Source: Escherichia phage vB_EcoP_IMEP24. From it: a stretch of DNA of 39,577 nucleotides. Position numbers and translations under genes: made by a program. Under the pieces are notes generated by a model. The model ran no database searches. It worked only from the letters and a program-made list of their open reading frames with translations, and had not been told where the DNA came from. The stretch lies in the sequence record MZ648215.1; one strand, given 5' to 3'. Below, in pieces: positions 18,689-26,897 of this stretch (position 1 is its first letter; each line of letters starts with the position of its first letter).

Positions 18689-20257
18689 ATGGCTGAACGT
18701 GAAGGGTTCGCTGCTGAAGGAGCCAAAGCGGTCTATGACCGACTGAAGAACGGTAGACAGCCATATGAGACACGCGCTCAGAACTGTGCTGCTGTCACTA
18801 TCCCGTCACTGTTTCCTAAGGAGTCCGACAACTCGTCTACTGAGTACACAACTCCGTGGCAAGCTGTAGGTGCTCGTTGTTTGAACAACTTGGCTGCAAA
18901 GCTGATGTTGGCGTTATTCCCTCAGTCACCGTGGATGCGCCTGACAGTCTCGGAATATGAGGCCAAGACCTTGAGTCAGGACTCAGAGGCTGCTGCTCGT
19001 GTTGACGAAGGGCTGGCTATGGTCGAGCGTGTGTTGATGGCCTACATGGAGACTAATAGTTTCCGTGTTCCACTGTTTGAAGCTCTGAAGCAGCTTATCG
19101 TCTCCGGTAACTGTCTGCTCTACATTCCAGAGCCTGAACAAGGTACTTACAGTCCTATGCGAATGTACCGCTTAGTGTCATACGTTGTTCAACGTGATGC
19201 TTTCGGCAACATCTTGCAGATTGTGACTCTCGACAAGGTAGCGTTTAGTGCTCTACCGGAAGACGTGAAGTCACAGCTCAACGCAGACGACTATGAGCCT
19301 GACACAGAGCTGGAAGTGTATACGCACATCTACCGTCAGGACGACGAGTATCTGCGCTACGAGGAAGTGGAAGGAATTGAGGTAGCAGGGACCGAGGGTT
19401 CTTACCCACTGACTGCATGTCCGTACATCCCGGTACGAATGGTTCGACTGGATGGTGAAGACTATGGTCGTTCTTACTGCGAGGAGTATCTTGGAGACCT
19501 GAACTCGCTGGAGACGATTACAGAAGCTATCACCAAAATGGCTAAGGTAGCCTCCAAGGTGGTGGGCCTCGTTAACCCGAACGGTATCACGCAACCTCGT
19601 CGTCTGAATAAGGCGGCTACAGGTGAGTTCGTTGCTGGTCGCGTTGAGGACATCAACTTCCTGCAACTGACGAAGGGTCAGGACTTTACGATTGCCAAGT
19701 CGGTGGCTGACGCTATCGAGCAACGTTTAGGCTGGGCCTTCCTTCTTAATAGTGCTGTTCAGCGTAATGCTGAGCGAGTAACTGCTGAAGAGATTCGTTA
19801 TGTTGCTGGCGAACTGGAGGCGACCTTAGGTGGCGTGTACTCAGTGCAATCCCAAGAGCTTCAGTTACCTATCGTCCGTGTGTTGATGAACCAGCTTCAG
19901 TCTGCTGGCATGATTCCTGACCTTCCTAAAGAAGCGGTAGAGCCTACGGTCTCCACTGGTCTGGAAGCTCTGGGCCGTGGTCAGGACTTAGAGAAGCTGA
20001 CTCAGGCGGTTAACATGATGACTGGCCTTCAGCAGCTATCTCAGGACCCGGACATCAACTTGCCGACCCTTAAGCTGCGACTTCTGAACGCTTTAGGCAT
20101 TGACACTGCTGGTCTTCTACTGACTCAGGACGAGAAGATGCAACGTATTGCTGAACAATCAGCTCAAGGAGCTGTGGTCAACGGTGCGTCTGCTGCTGGT
20201 GCTAACATGGGTGCTGCTGTAGGTCAGGGAGCTGGTGAGGACATGGCTCAAGCCTAA
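18689..20257 (+). CDS. Portal (head-to-tail connector) protein (T7 gene 8)
   Basis: YETRAQNCA, PSLFPK, TPWQAVGARxLNNLAxKLMLALFP, MYRLxSYVVQRDAFGN, RLDGEDYGRSY, VTAEEIRYVAxELExTLGGVYS; collinear with T7 gp8. Confidence 0.97.
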   Translation: MAEREGFAAEGAKAVYDRLKNGRQPYETRAQNCAAVTIPSLFPKESDNSSTEYTTPWQAVGARCLNNLAAKLMLALFPQSPWMRLTVSEYEAKTLSQDSEAAARVDEGLAMVERVLMAYMETNSFRVPLFEALKQLIVSGNCLLYIPEPEQGTYSPMRMYRLVSYVVQRDAFGNILQIVTLDKVAFSALPEDVKSQLNADDYEPDTELEVYTHIYRQDDEYLRYEEVEGIEVAGTEGSYPLTACPYIPVRMVRLDGEDYGRSYCEEYLGDLNSLETITEAITKMAKVASKVVGLVNPNGITQPRRLNKAATGEFVAGRVEDINFLQLTKGQDFTIAKSVADAIEQRLGWAFLLNSAVQRNAERVTAEEIRYVAGELEATLGGVYSVQSQELQLPIVRVLMNQLQSAGMIPDLPKEAVEPTVSTGLEALGRGQDLEKLTQAVNMMTGLQQLSQDPDINLPTLKLRLLNALGIDTAGLLLTQDEKMQRIAEQSAQGAVVNGASAAGANMGAAVGQGAGEDMAQA

Positions 20258-20275
20258 ACTATCACTATAGGAACT
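20253..20275 (+). promoter_or_regulatory. Phage RNAP promoter (phi9-like)
   Basis: gcctaaactatcactataggaac; +1 G at 20270. Confidence 0.8.
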
Positions 20276-20353
20276 TAGACAAGATTCACAAAGCATTAGG
20301 CCGGGTGAGACTCCCGGTCGGTTCCTATCATCAACTTAAAGGAGAATGACTCA

Positions 20354-21238
20354 ATGTCTCAATCAGTTTATGCCGAGTTCGGCGTTAGCTCTAATGCAAT
20401 CACTGGTTCCGTTGAGGACCTGAACGAACACCAGAAGTCTATGCTTGAACAGGACGTAGCTGTTCGTGATGGCGATGACGCTATTACCTTCAAGCAACTG
20501 GAAGCCGAAAACGAAGAGGCTACCGAAGAAGACGAGAACGTCGAAGAGACTGAAGGCGAAGAAGACCACGAGTCCGATGACGAAGAGTCTGAGACCGATG
20601 GTGAGCAGCCTGAGTTCATCGAACTGGGTGATGCACCGAAAGAGCTGACTGAAAGTGTCGCCGCTCTGGATGAAAACGAAGCTGCATTCGACGACATGGT
20701 GTCTTCTGCTGTAGAAGCTGGCAAGGTCACTGCTGATGAAATTACCGCTATCAAGGCTGAATACGCCAAGGACGGTAAGCTGTCTGACGCATCCTACGCT
20801 AAGTTGCAGGAAGCAGGTTACACCAAGCGTTTCGTAGATTCGTTTGTACGTGGTCAGGAAGCTCTGGCTGAACAGTATGCTGCTGGTGTGGTACGCTACG
20901 CTGGTGGTGCTGAACAGTTTAATCGCATCCTGTCACACCTTGAGGCCAACGACCCGTCAACTCGTGAAGCACTGGAAGCTGCTATCGTTCGTAAGGACAT
21001 TGCGACTACCAAAGCTCTGCTGAATCTGGCTGGCAAGACTCTGGGTAAAGCTGTAGGTGTTAAACCTCAGCGTACTATCACCGCTCAGGCTAAACCTGTG
21101 GTCGCACCTAAGGCTCCTCAGACCGAAGCATTCAGCTCCAAGGCTGATATGATTAAGGCTATGAGTGACCCGCGATACCTGCGTGACGCTAAGTACACGA
21201 TGGAAGTTCGCGCTAAGGTAGCTGCCTCAAGCCTGTAG
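20354..21238 (+). CDS. Capsid assembly (scaffolding) protein (T7 gene 9)
   Basis: Acidic N-terminal half, SYAKLxExGYTK, FxDSxxRGQEAL, MIKAMSDPRY match T7 gp9. Confidence 0.92.
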   Translation: MSQSVYAEFGVSSNAITGSVEDLNEHQKSMLEQDVAVRDGDDAITFKQLEAENEEATEEDENVEETEGEEDHESDDEESETDGEQPEFIELGDAPKELTESVAALDENEAAFDDMVSSAVEAGKVTADEITAIKAEYAKDGKLSDASYAKLQEAGYTKRFVDSFVRGQEALAEQYAAGVVRYAGGAEQFNRILSHLEANDPSTREALEAAIVRKDIATTKALLNLAGKTLGKAVGVKPQRTITAQAKPVVAPKAPQTEAFSSKADMIKAMSDPRYLRDAKYTMEVRAKVAASSL

Positions 21239-21239
21239 G

Positions 21240-21262
21240 ACTAAACTATCACTATAGGGAGA
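21240..21262 (+). promoter_or_regulatory. Phage RNAP promoter (phi10-like, full consensus)
   Basis: ctaaactatcactatagggaga; +1 G at 21257; transcript 5' end can form AGGGA/TCCCT stem. Confidence 0.9.
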
Positions 21263-21364
21263 CCAAGAGACAGACTCAAGGTTTCCCTATTACTTCAGTC
21301 CATACGGATTGGGCATACAGTAAGTAATAAACTTTATCTTTCAATTGAATAGGAGAATTATCAT

Positions 21365-22408
21365 ATGGCAAACGTTCCGGGTCAGAAAATTGGTACAGAC
21401 CAAGGTAAAGGCAAATCCAGCTCCGACGCTCTTGCGTTGTTCCTGAAGGTCTTTGCTGGTGAAGTCCTGACCGCATTCACTCGCCGCTCTGTAACTGCTG
21501 ACAAACATATTGTCCGTACCATTCAGAACGGTAAGTCTGCTCAGTTCCCGGTCATGGGTCGCACCTCTGGTGTGTATCTGGCTCCTGGTGAGCGACTGTC
21601 CGATAAGCGTAAAGGTATCAAACATACCGAGAAAGTGATTACCATTGATGGTCTGCTGACTGCCGATGTGATGATTTTCGACATTGAAGACGCGATGAAC
21701 CACTACGACGTGGCTGGCGAATATTCCAACCAGTTGGGTGAAGCTCTGGCTATCGCTGCTGATGGTGCTGTGCTGGCTGAAATGGCTATCCTGTGTAACC
21801 TCCCGGCTGCATCCAACGAGAACATCGCTGGTCTGGGTACTGCGTCCGTACTGGAAGTTGGTAAGAAAGCTGACCTCGACACCCCGGCTAAACTGGGTGA
21901 AGCAATCATCGGTCAACTGACCATTGCTCGTGCGAAGCTGACCTCCAACTACGTTCCTGCTGGCGACCGTTATTTCTACACCACGCCGGACAACTACTCT
22001 GCAATCCTCGCGGCTCTGATGCCGAACGCTGCTAACTATGCTGCGCTGATTGACCCAGAGACTGGTAACATCCGTAACGTGATGGGCTTCGTTGTTGTTG
22101 AAGTTCCGCATCTGGTACAGGGTGGTGCTGGTGAGACCCGTGGTGCTGATGGTATCACTATCGCTTCCGGCCAGAAACACGCATTCCCGGCAACTGCTGG
22201 TGACGACGTTAAAGTTGCTATGGACAACGTTGTGGGTCTGTTCTCTCACCGTTCTGCTGTGGGTACTGTGAAACTGCGTGACTTGGCGCTGGAACGTGAC
22301 CGTGACGTAGATGCTCAGGGCGACCTGATTGTTGGTAAATACGCTATGGGTCACGGTGGTCTGCGTCCTGAAGCGGCTGGCGCACTGGTTTTCAGCCCAG
22401 CGGCGTAA
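21365..22408 (+). CDS. Major capsid protein 10A
   Basis: ALFLKVFxGEVLTAF, SAQFPV, IKHTEKVITIDGLLTADV, DIEDAMNHYDV, LMPNAANYAALIDPE, RNVMGF, HRSAVGTVKLRDLALER, KYAMGHGGLRPEAAG; collinear with T7 gp10A. Confidence 0.98.
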   Translation: MANVPGQKIGTDQGKGKSSSDALALFLKVFAGEVLTAFTRRSVTADKHIVRTIQNGKSAQFPVMGRTSGVYLAPGERLSDKRKGIKHTEKVITIDGLLTADVMIFDIEDAMNHYDVAGEYSNQLGEALAIAADGAVLAEMAILCNLPAASNENIAGLGTASVLEVGKKADLDTPAKLGEAIIGQLTIARAKLTSNYVPAGDRYFYTTPDNYSAILAALMPNAANYAALIDPETGNIRNVMGFVVVEVPHLVQGGAGETRGADGITIASGQKHAFPATAGDDVKVAMDNVVGLFSHRSAVGTVKLRDLALERDRDVDAQGDLIVGKYAMGHGGLRPEAAGALVFSPAA

Positions 22409-22539
22409 GCACCTTTAGCCAACCTAACGTCGCTACAGTAGCGGCTGCACCTGAAGAGGAGACCCTAACTCCTCAACAGAAAGCTGCGCGTACTCGTGCT
22501 GCGAACAGGGCCGCTAAACTGGCTGAGTCCAACAACTAA
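21365..22539 (+). CDS. Minor capsid protein 10B via programmed -1 frameshift at GGTTTTC (22387-22393)
   Basis: -1 frame is open from 22372 to stop at 22537-22539 and reads ..KAARTRAANRAAKLAESNN; slippery heptamer sits in the VF codons at the 10A C-terminus, as in T7. Confidence 0.65.
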
Positions 22540-22545
22540 TTGAAA

Positions 22546-22582
22546 CCCCTTGGGTGCCTTCGGGTGCTTGAGGGGTTTTTTT
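22546..22582 (+). terminator. Rho-independent terminator (Tphi equivalent)
   Basis: CCCCTTGGGTGCC-TTCG-GGTGCTTGAGGGG stem (13 bp incl. G.U pairs, tetraloop) followed by T7 run; resembles T7 Tphi. Confidence 0.9.
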
Positions 22583-22603
22583 GCTTAAAGTGAGAGGAGA
22601 CTT

Positions 22604-23170
22604 ATGGCTCAATACATTCCACTGAATTCTAACGATGACTTAGACGCCATCAACGATATGTTAGCAGCTATCGGTGAACCAGCAGTCCTACAGCTTGACG
22701 AGGGGAACGCTGACGTCTCGAACGCTCAACGTATCCTGCATCGTGTCAATCGTCAGGTCCAAGCTAAAGGCTGGAACTTTAACATCAACGAAGCTGCTGT
22801 CCTGACACCTGATGTCCAAGACAATAGGATTCGATTCTTGCCGTCATACCTTCGTGTAATGACCGCTGGGGCCACCAGCTACTACAGCAACATGGGTGGA
22901 TACCTGTACGACCTGTCCACTCAGTCAACCACTTTCACCGACCCCATCACGGTAGAGCTTGTGGAGATGAAGCCATTCTCCGAGATGCCTGTGGTCTTCA
23001 GGGACTACATCGTCACTAAAGCTAGCCGTGAGTTCAACGCTAAGTTCTTCGGTAGCCCAGAGTCAGAGCTATACCTTCGTGAGCAGGAAGCAGAACTCTA
23101 TCAGCAGGTTATGGAGTACGAGATGGACACTGGTCGCTACAACATGATGTCTGACATCGGGAGGGACTAA
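22604..23170 (+). CDS. Tail tubular protein A (T7 gene 11)
   Basis: IGEPxV, ANAxRILxxxNRQxQxxGWxFNI, YIVTKASRxFN, FFGxPE, MEYEMD match T7 gp11. Confidence 0.92.
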   Translation: MAQYIPLNSNDDLDAINDMLAAIGEPAVLQLDEGNADVSNAQRILHRVNRQVQAKGWNFNINEAAVLTPDVQDNRIRFLPSYLRVMTAGATSYYSNMGGYLYDLSTQSTTFTDPITVELVEMKPFSEMPVVFRDYIVTKASREFNAKFFGSPESELYLREQEAELYQQVMEYEMDTGRYNMMSDIGRD

Positions 23171-23397
23171 TGGCTAGTCACAACCTGAAGATTCACCGCC
23201 AGCACTTTGGTCCGGTACAGCTAGGTCTAAAGACAGCAGAGCTGAGACTTAACGACCGGGACTTTAAGGTTGGCGATTGGCTTATCCTGAATGAGTGGGA
23301 CAACGGGTATACTGGACAACAGGTAGCGCGTAAGGTTGTCCACATTGCTGACGTTGGTGACATCGCTGAAGGATACGTCCTAATGAGTATGATTTAA
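23170..23397 (+). CDS. DUF3850/ASCH-like small protein (75 aa)
   Basis: HxLKIxxxxFxxVxxGxKTxExRxNDRDFKVGDWLILNEW pattern recalled for DUF3850; start overlaps gene 11 stop (TAATG); RBS gggaggg. Confidence 0.6.
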   Translation: MASHNLKIHRQHFGPVQLGLKTAELRLNDRDFKVGDWLILNEWDNGYTGQQVARKVVHIADVGDIAEGYVLMSMI

Positions 23398-23406
23398 GGA
23401 GGGCCT

Positions 23407-25764
23407 ATGCCGCTTATCACACAAAGCATAAAAAATCTTAAAGGTGGCATTAGCCAGCAGCCTGATATACTGAGGTTCTCAGACCAAGGCGAGGCACAGG
23501 TTAACTGCTGGTCATCCGAGAGTGATGGCCTCCAGAAGCGCCCACCTACAGTCTTCAAGCGACGTCTTAACATCGACGTTGGGAGTAACCCTAAGTTCCA
23601 CCTGATTAACCGTGACGAGCATGAGCAGTATTACATCGTGTTCAATGGGTCCAACATTCAGGTAGTTGACTTGAGTGGCAATCAATACTCAGTGTCAGGT
23701 GCGGTAGACTACGTTAAGTCCTCCAACCCACGAGATGACATCCGTGTCGTTACCGTGGCAGACTATACGTTCGTCGTTAACCGTAAGGTTGTCGTCAAAG
23801 GTGGAAGCGAGAAGTCACACTCTGGTTATAACCGCAAAGCACGAGCTTTAATTAACCTGCGTGGTGGACAGTATGGTCGAACCCTTAAGGTGGGAATCAA
23901 CGGTGGAGTTAAGGTCTCGCATAAGCTACCAGCAGGTAATGATGCCGAGAATGACCCTCCTAAGGTGGATGCTCAGGCCATCGGTGCAGCTCTGAGAGAC
24001 CTTCTTGTTGCTGCCTATCCTACCTTCACGTTTGACCTTGGGTCTGGCTTCCTGCTAATCACAGCTCCTTCAGGGACAGACATTAACTCAGTGGAGACGG
24101 AGGATGGCTACGCTAACCAGCTAATAAGCCCAGTCCTAGACACTGTGCAGACAATCTCTAAACTACCTCTTGCAGCTCCTAATGGGTATATCATTAAGAT
24201 TCAAGGTGAGACAAACAGTAGCGCCGATGAATACTACGTGATGTATGACTCCAACACTAAGACGTGGAAGGAGACAGTGGAGCCGGGAGTTGTCACTGGG
24301 TTCGATGTCACCACAATGCCACATGCTCTGGTCAGACAGTCTGATGGCTCCTTTGAGTTCAAGACTCTGGATTGGTCCAAGCGTGGTGCTGGTAACGATG
24401 ACACAAACCCTATGCCTAGCTTCGTGGATGCTGCGATTAATGATGTGTTCTTCTACAGGAACAGACTTGGGTTCTTGTCAGGTGAGAACGTGATCATGAG
24501 CCGTTCAGCTAGCTACTTTGCGTTCTTCCCTAAGAGTGTGGCGACACTGAGCGATGATGACCCTATTGATGTAGCTGTAAGTCACCCTCGTATCTCAATC
24601 CTTAAGTACGCCGTTCCGTTTAGCGAGCAGCTACTACTTTGGTCGGATGAGGTTCAGTTCGTGATGACAAGCTCTGGGGTCCTTACCTCGAAGTCTATCC
24701 AGCTTGATGTAGGCTCAGAGTTTGCCTTAGGTGATAATGCCAGACCGTTCGCTGTAGGACGCTCAGTCTTCTTCTCAGCTCCTCGTGGGTCATTCACCAG
24801 CATTAAGCGATACTTCGCTGTAGCTGATGTGTCTGATGTGAAGGATGCCGATGATACAACTGGTCATGTATTGTCCTACATCCCTAACGGGGTGTTTGAT
24901 ATTCAAGGTACAGGGACTGAGAACTACATCTGCGTCAACTCTACAGGTGCATACAACAGAATCTACATCTACAAGTTCTTGTTTAAGGACGGCGTACAGC
25001 TTCAAGCCTCTTGGTCGCACTGGGAGTTCCCTATAGCTGATAAGATTCTGGCGTCTGCGTCGATTGGCTCTACCATGTTCATTGTTCGTCAGCACCAAGG
25101 TGGTGTGGACCTTGAGCACCTTAAGTTCATCAAGGAGGCAACTGACTTTCCATTAGAGCCGTATAGACTCCACGTTGACTCCAAGGTGTCTATGGTAATA
25201 CCAATTGGCTCATATAATGCTGACACCTATAAGACTACGGTTGACATTGGTGCTGCTTATGGTGGCAACGCTCCGTCTCCCGGTCGGTACTATCTGATTG
25301 ACAGTCAGGGTGCTTATTTGGACCTTGGGGAATTAACCAGTATATCTACTGTGGTTGTCCTCAACGGCGATTGGTCAGGACGCACAGTGTTCATCGGAAG
25401 GGCGTATCTGATGTCCTACAAGTTCTCACGGTTCCTGATTAAGATTGAAGACGATAGTGGTACTCAGTCTGAAGACACTGGCCGTCTACAGCTTCGTCGG
25501 GCTTGGGTAAACTACAAAGACACTGGCGCTCTGAGACTCATTGTCAGAAACGGTGAGCGGGAGTTCGTGAACACCTTTAACGGGTACACCCTTGGTCAGC
25601 AAACCATCGGGACTACCAACATTGGGGATGGACAATATCGCTTCGCTATGAATGGCAACGCATTAACCACGAGTCTAACCTTAGAGTCAGACTATCCTAC
25701 CCCAGTGTCCATCGTTGGGTGTGGCTGGGAGGCGTCATACGCTAAGAAAGCTCGTTCCGTCTAA
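23407..25764 (+). CDS. Tail tubular protein B (T7 gene 12)
   Basis: QSIKNLKGGISQQPDILR, WSSExxGLQKRPP, HLINRDEHEQYY, VTVADYTFVVNR, GRLQLRRAWVNY, GCGWE; collinear with T7 gp12. Confidence 0.97.
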   Translation: MPLITQSIKNLKGGISQQPDILRFSDQGEAQVNCWSSESDGLQKRPPTVFKRRLNIDVGSNPKFHLINRDEHEQYYIVFNGSNIQVVDLSGNQYSVSGAVDYVKSSNPRDDIRVVTVADYTFVVNRKVVVKGGSEKSHSGYNRKARALINLRGGQYGRTLKVGINGGVKVSHKLPAGNDAENDPPKVDAQAIGAALRDLLVAAYPTFTFDLGSGFLLITAPSGTDINSVETEDGYANQLISPVLDTVQTISKLPLAAPNGYIIKIQGETNSSADEYYVMYDSNTKTWKETVEPGVVTGFDVTTMPHALVRQSDGSFEFKTLDWSKRGAGNDDTNPMPSFVDAAINDVFFYRNRLGFLSGENVIMSRSASYFAFFPKSVATLSDDDPIDVAVSHPRISILKYAVPFSEQLLLWSDEVQFVMTSSGVLTSKSIQLDVGSEFALGDNARPFAVGRSVFFSAPRGSFTSIKRYFAVADVSDVKDADDTTGHVLSYIPNGVFDIQGTGTENYICVNSTGAYNRIYIYKFLFKDGVQLQASWSHWEFPIADKILASASIGSTMFIVRQHQGGVDLEHLKFIKEATDFPLEPYRLHVDSKVSMVIPIGSYNADTYKTTVDIGAAYGGNAPSPGRYYLIDSQGAYLDLGELTSISTVVVLNGDWSGRTVFIGRAYLMSYKFSRFLIKIEDDSGTQSEDTGRLQLRRAWVNYKDTGALRLIVRNGEREFVNTFNGYTLGQQTIGTTNIGDGQYRFAMNGNALTTSLTLESDYPTPVSIVGCGWEASYAKKARSV

Positions 25765-25788
25765 CTTATTGAAGGGCCTATAGATTTA

Positions 25789-25811
25789 CCTTAACTATCA
25801 CTATAGGGACT
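25789..25811 (+). promoter_or_regulatory. Phage RNAP promoter (phi13-like), inside a 12-bp inverted repeat
   Basis: ccttaactatcactatagggac; +1 G at 25806; flanked by AAGGGCCTATAG (25772-25783) and CTATAGGCCCTT (25810-25821). Confidence 0.85.
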
Positions 25812-25840
25812 ATAGGCCCTTAAGGTTATAAGGAGACTTT

Positions 25841-26320
25841 ATGTATATTCGTAAGGCTACAGATGTAGACGTTTGGTACGCTGCTGCACAACTTACAGAT
25901 GACGACTTAAAGGAGTGTAAAGCCAACTATGGGACCACTGAAGGTCTCACTGAAAGGCTGAAAGCACACCTAACGTCTTCATCTGTGGTTTTAACTAATG
26001 CTGTTGGAGAGATTTACGCCTATGGTGGTAACCAAGGTGACAACGTTTGGTTCCTGACGACCAGAATGACCGAGCGTCTCACACCTGAAGGTAAGCGAGA
26101 GTTCCGTGAGAGAATCATGGAGTATCGTGACAAGATGATGGAGGACTATCCGGTCCTATGGAACTACGTATGGGAAGGCAGTGAAGCACACATTAGGTTT
26201 CTCAAGTCAATAGGCGCTAAGTTCCACGACGATAAGTGGACCAGAAGCCCAGTGACTGGAGAAGTATTCATTCTATTCACTATCTCTAAGGAGGACGTAT
26301 GTGTGAACCAATTTCAATAG
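25841..26320 (+). CDS. Internal virion protein A (gene 13 position)
   Basis: ORF between tail tubular B and gp14 homolog; positional call; RBS aaggag. Confidence 0.6.
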   Translation: MYIRKATDVDVWYAAAQLTDDDLKECKANYGTTEGLTERLKAHLTSSSVVLTNAVGEIYAYGGNQGDNVWFLTTRMTERLTPEGKREFRERIMEYRDKMMEDYPVLWNYVWEGSEAHIRFLKSIGAKFHDDKWTRSPVTGEVFILFTISKEDVCVNQFQ

Positions 26321-26886
26321 GCATGGGCGTAATGTCTGTAGCCGGGGCCACTATGTCCGCATCCCAACAGGCTAAGGCTGAAGGCGCTGCTATTGATGCT
26401 CAGAACCGACAGGCTCAGGAGATGATTAAGCAGATGAACTACTCTGACGCCAACCTGAGGATGCAGGAGCGAGACCTGAAGGAGCAGCAGATGGCTGAAC
26501 TGACAGAGACCACGCTCAACGGTATCCGCAATCAGGGTATGGTCCGAGCTGCGGTGGCTGAGTCCGGTCTGGAAGGTAACTCTATGGACAGGATTGAACG
26601 TCAGGTCGAAGGAGATACAGTCAAGGAGCGAGCAGGGATTACCGAAAGTTACAACCGCGACTATGCGGCTATCTTCGGGAACCGTATCGCCAACATTGAG
26701 AACACCAAGTCTGCTATCCGTGGTCAGGGTAAAATTATCAAGACCAGCCCACTGGCCCATGCACTTAATGTTGCTAACGCCGGGATGCAAGGTTACGCCG
26801 CTGGTAAGTCAATGTCTAAGACTTCAGGCTCTGGTGGTGCTGCACCAATTAGTGCTGCTAAAGGCACACCGACAGGCCATAGATAA
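26299..26886 (+). CDS. Internal virion protein B (T7 gene 14)
   Basis: MC start, SMDRIxRxxEG, ESYNRDY, AAKGTxTGxR C-terminus parallel T7 gp14. Confidence 0.85.
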   Translation: MCEPISIGMGVMSVAGATMSASQQAKAEGAAIDAQNRQAQEMIKQMNYSDANLRMQERDLKEQQMAELTETTLNGIRNQGMVRAAVAESGLEGNSMDRIERQVEGDTVKERAGITESYNRDYAAIFGNRIANIENTKSAIRGQGKIIKTSPLAHALNVANAGMQGYAAGKSMSKTSGSGGAAPISAAKGTPTGHR

Positions 26887-26897
26887 GAGGAGGACTA

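Noticed and set aside
20368-20769. Ser-rich 133-aa minus-strand ORF
   Set aside because: Antisense to the acidic region of the scaffolding gene; composition artefact
21341-22354. 337-aa ORF on the minus strand
   Set aside because: Exactly antisense to the major capsid gene, which has strong homology; long antisense ORFs are a codon-bias artefact and all real genes in this genome type are on the + strand
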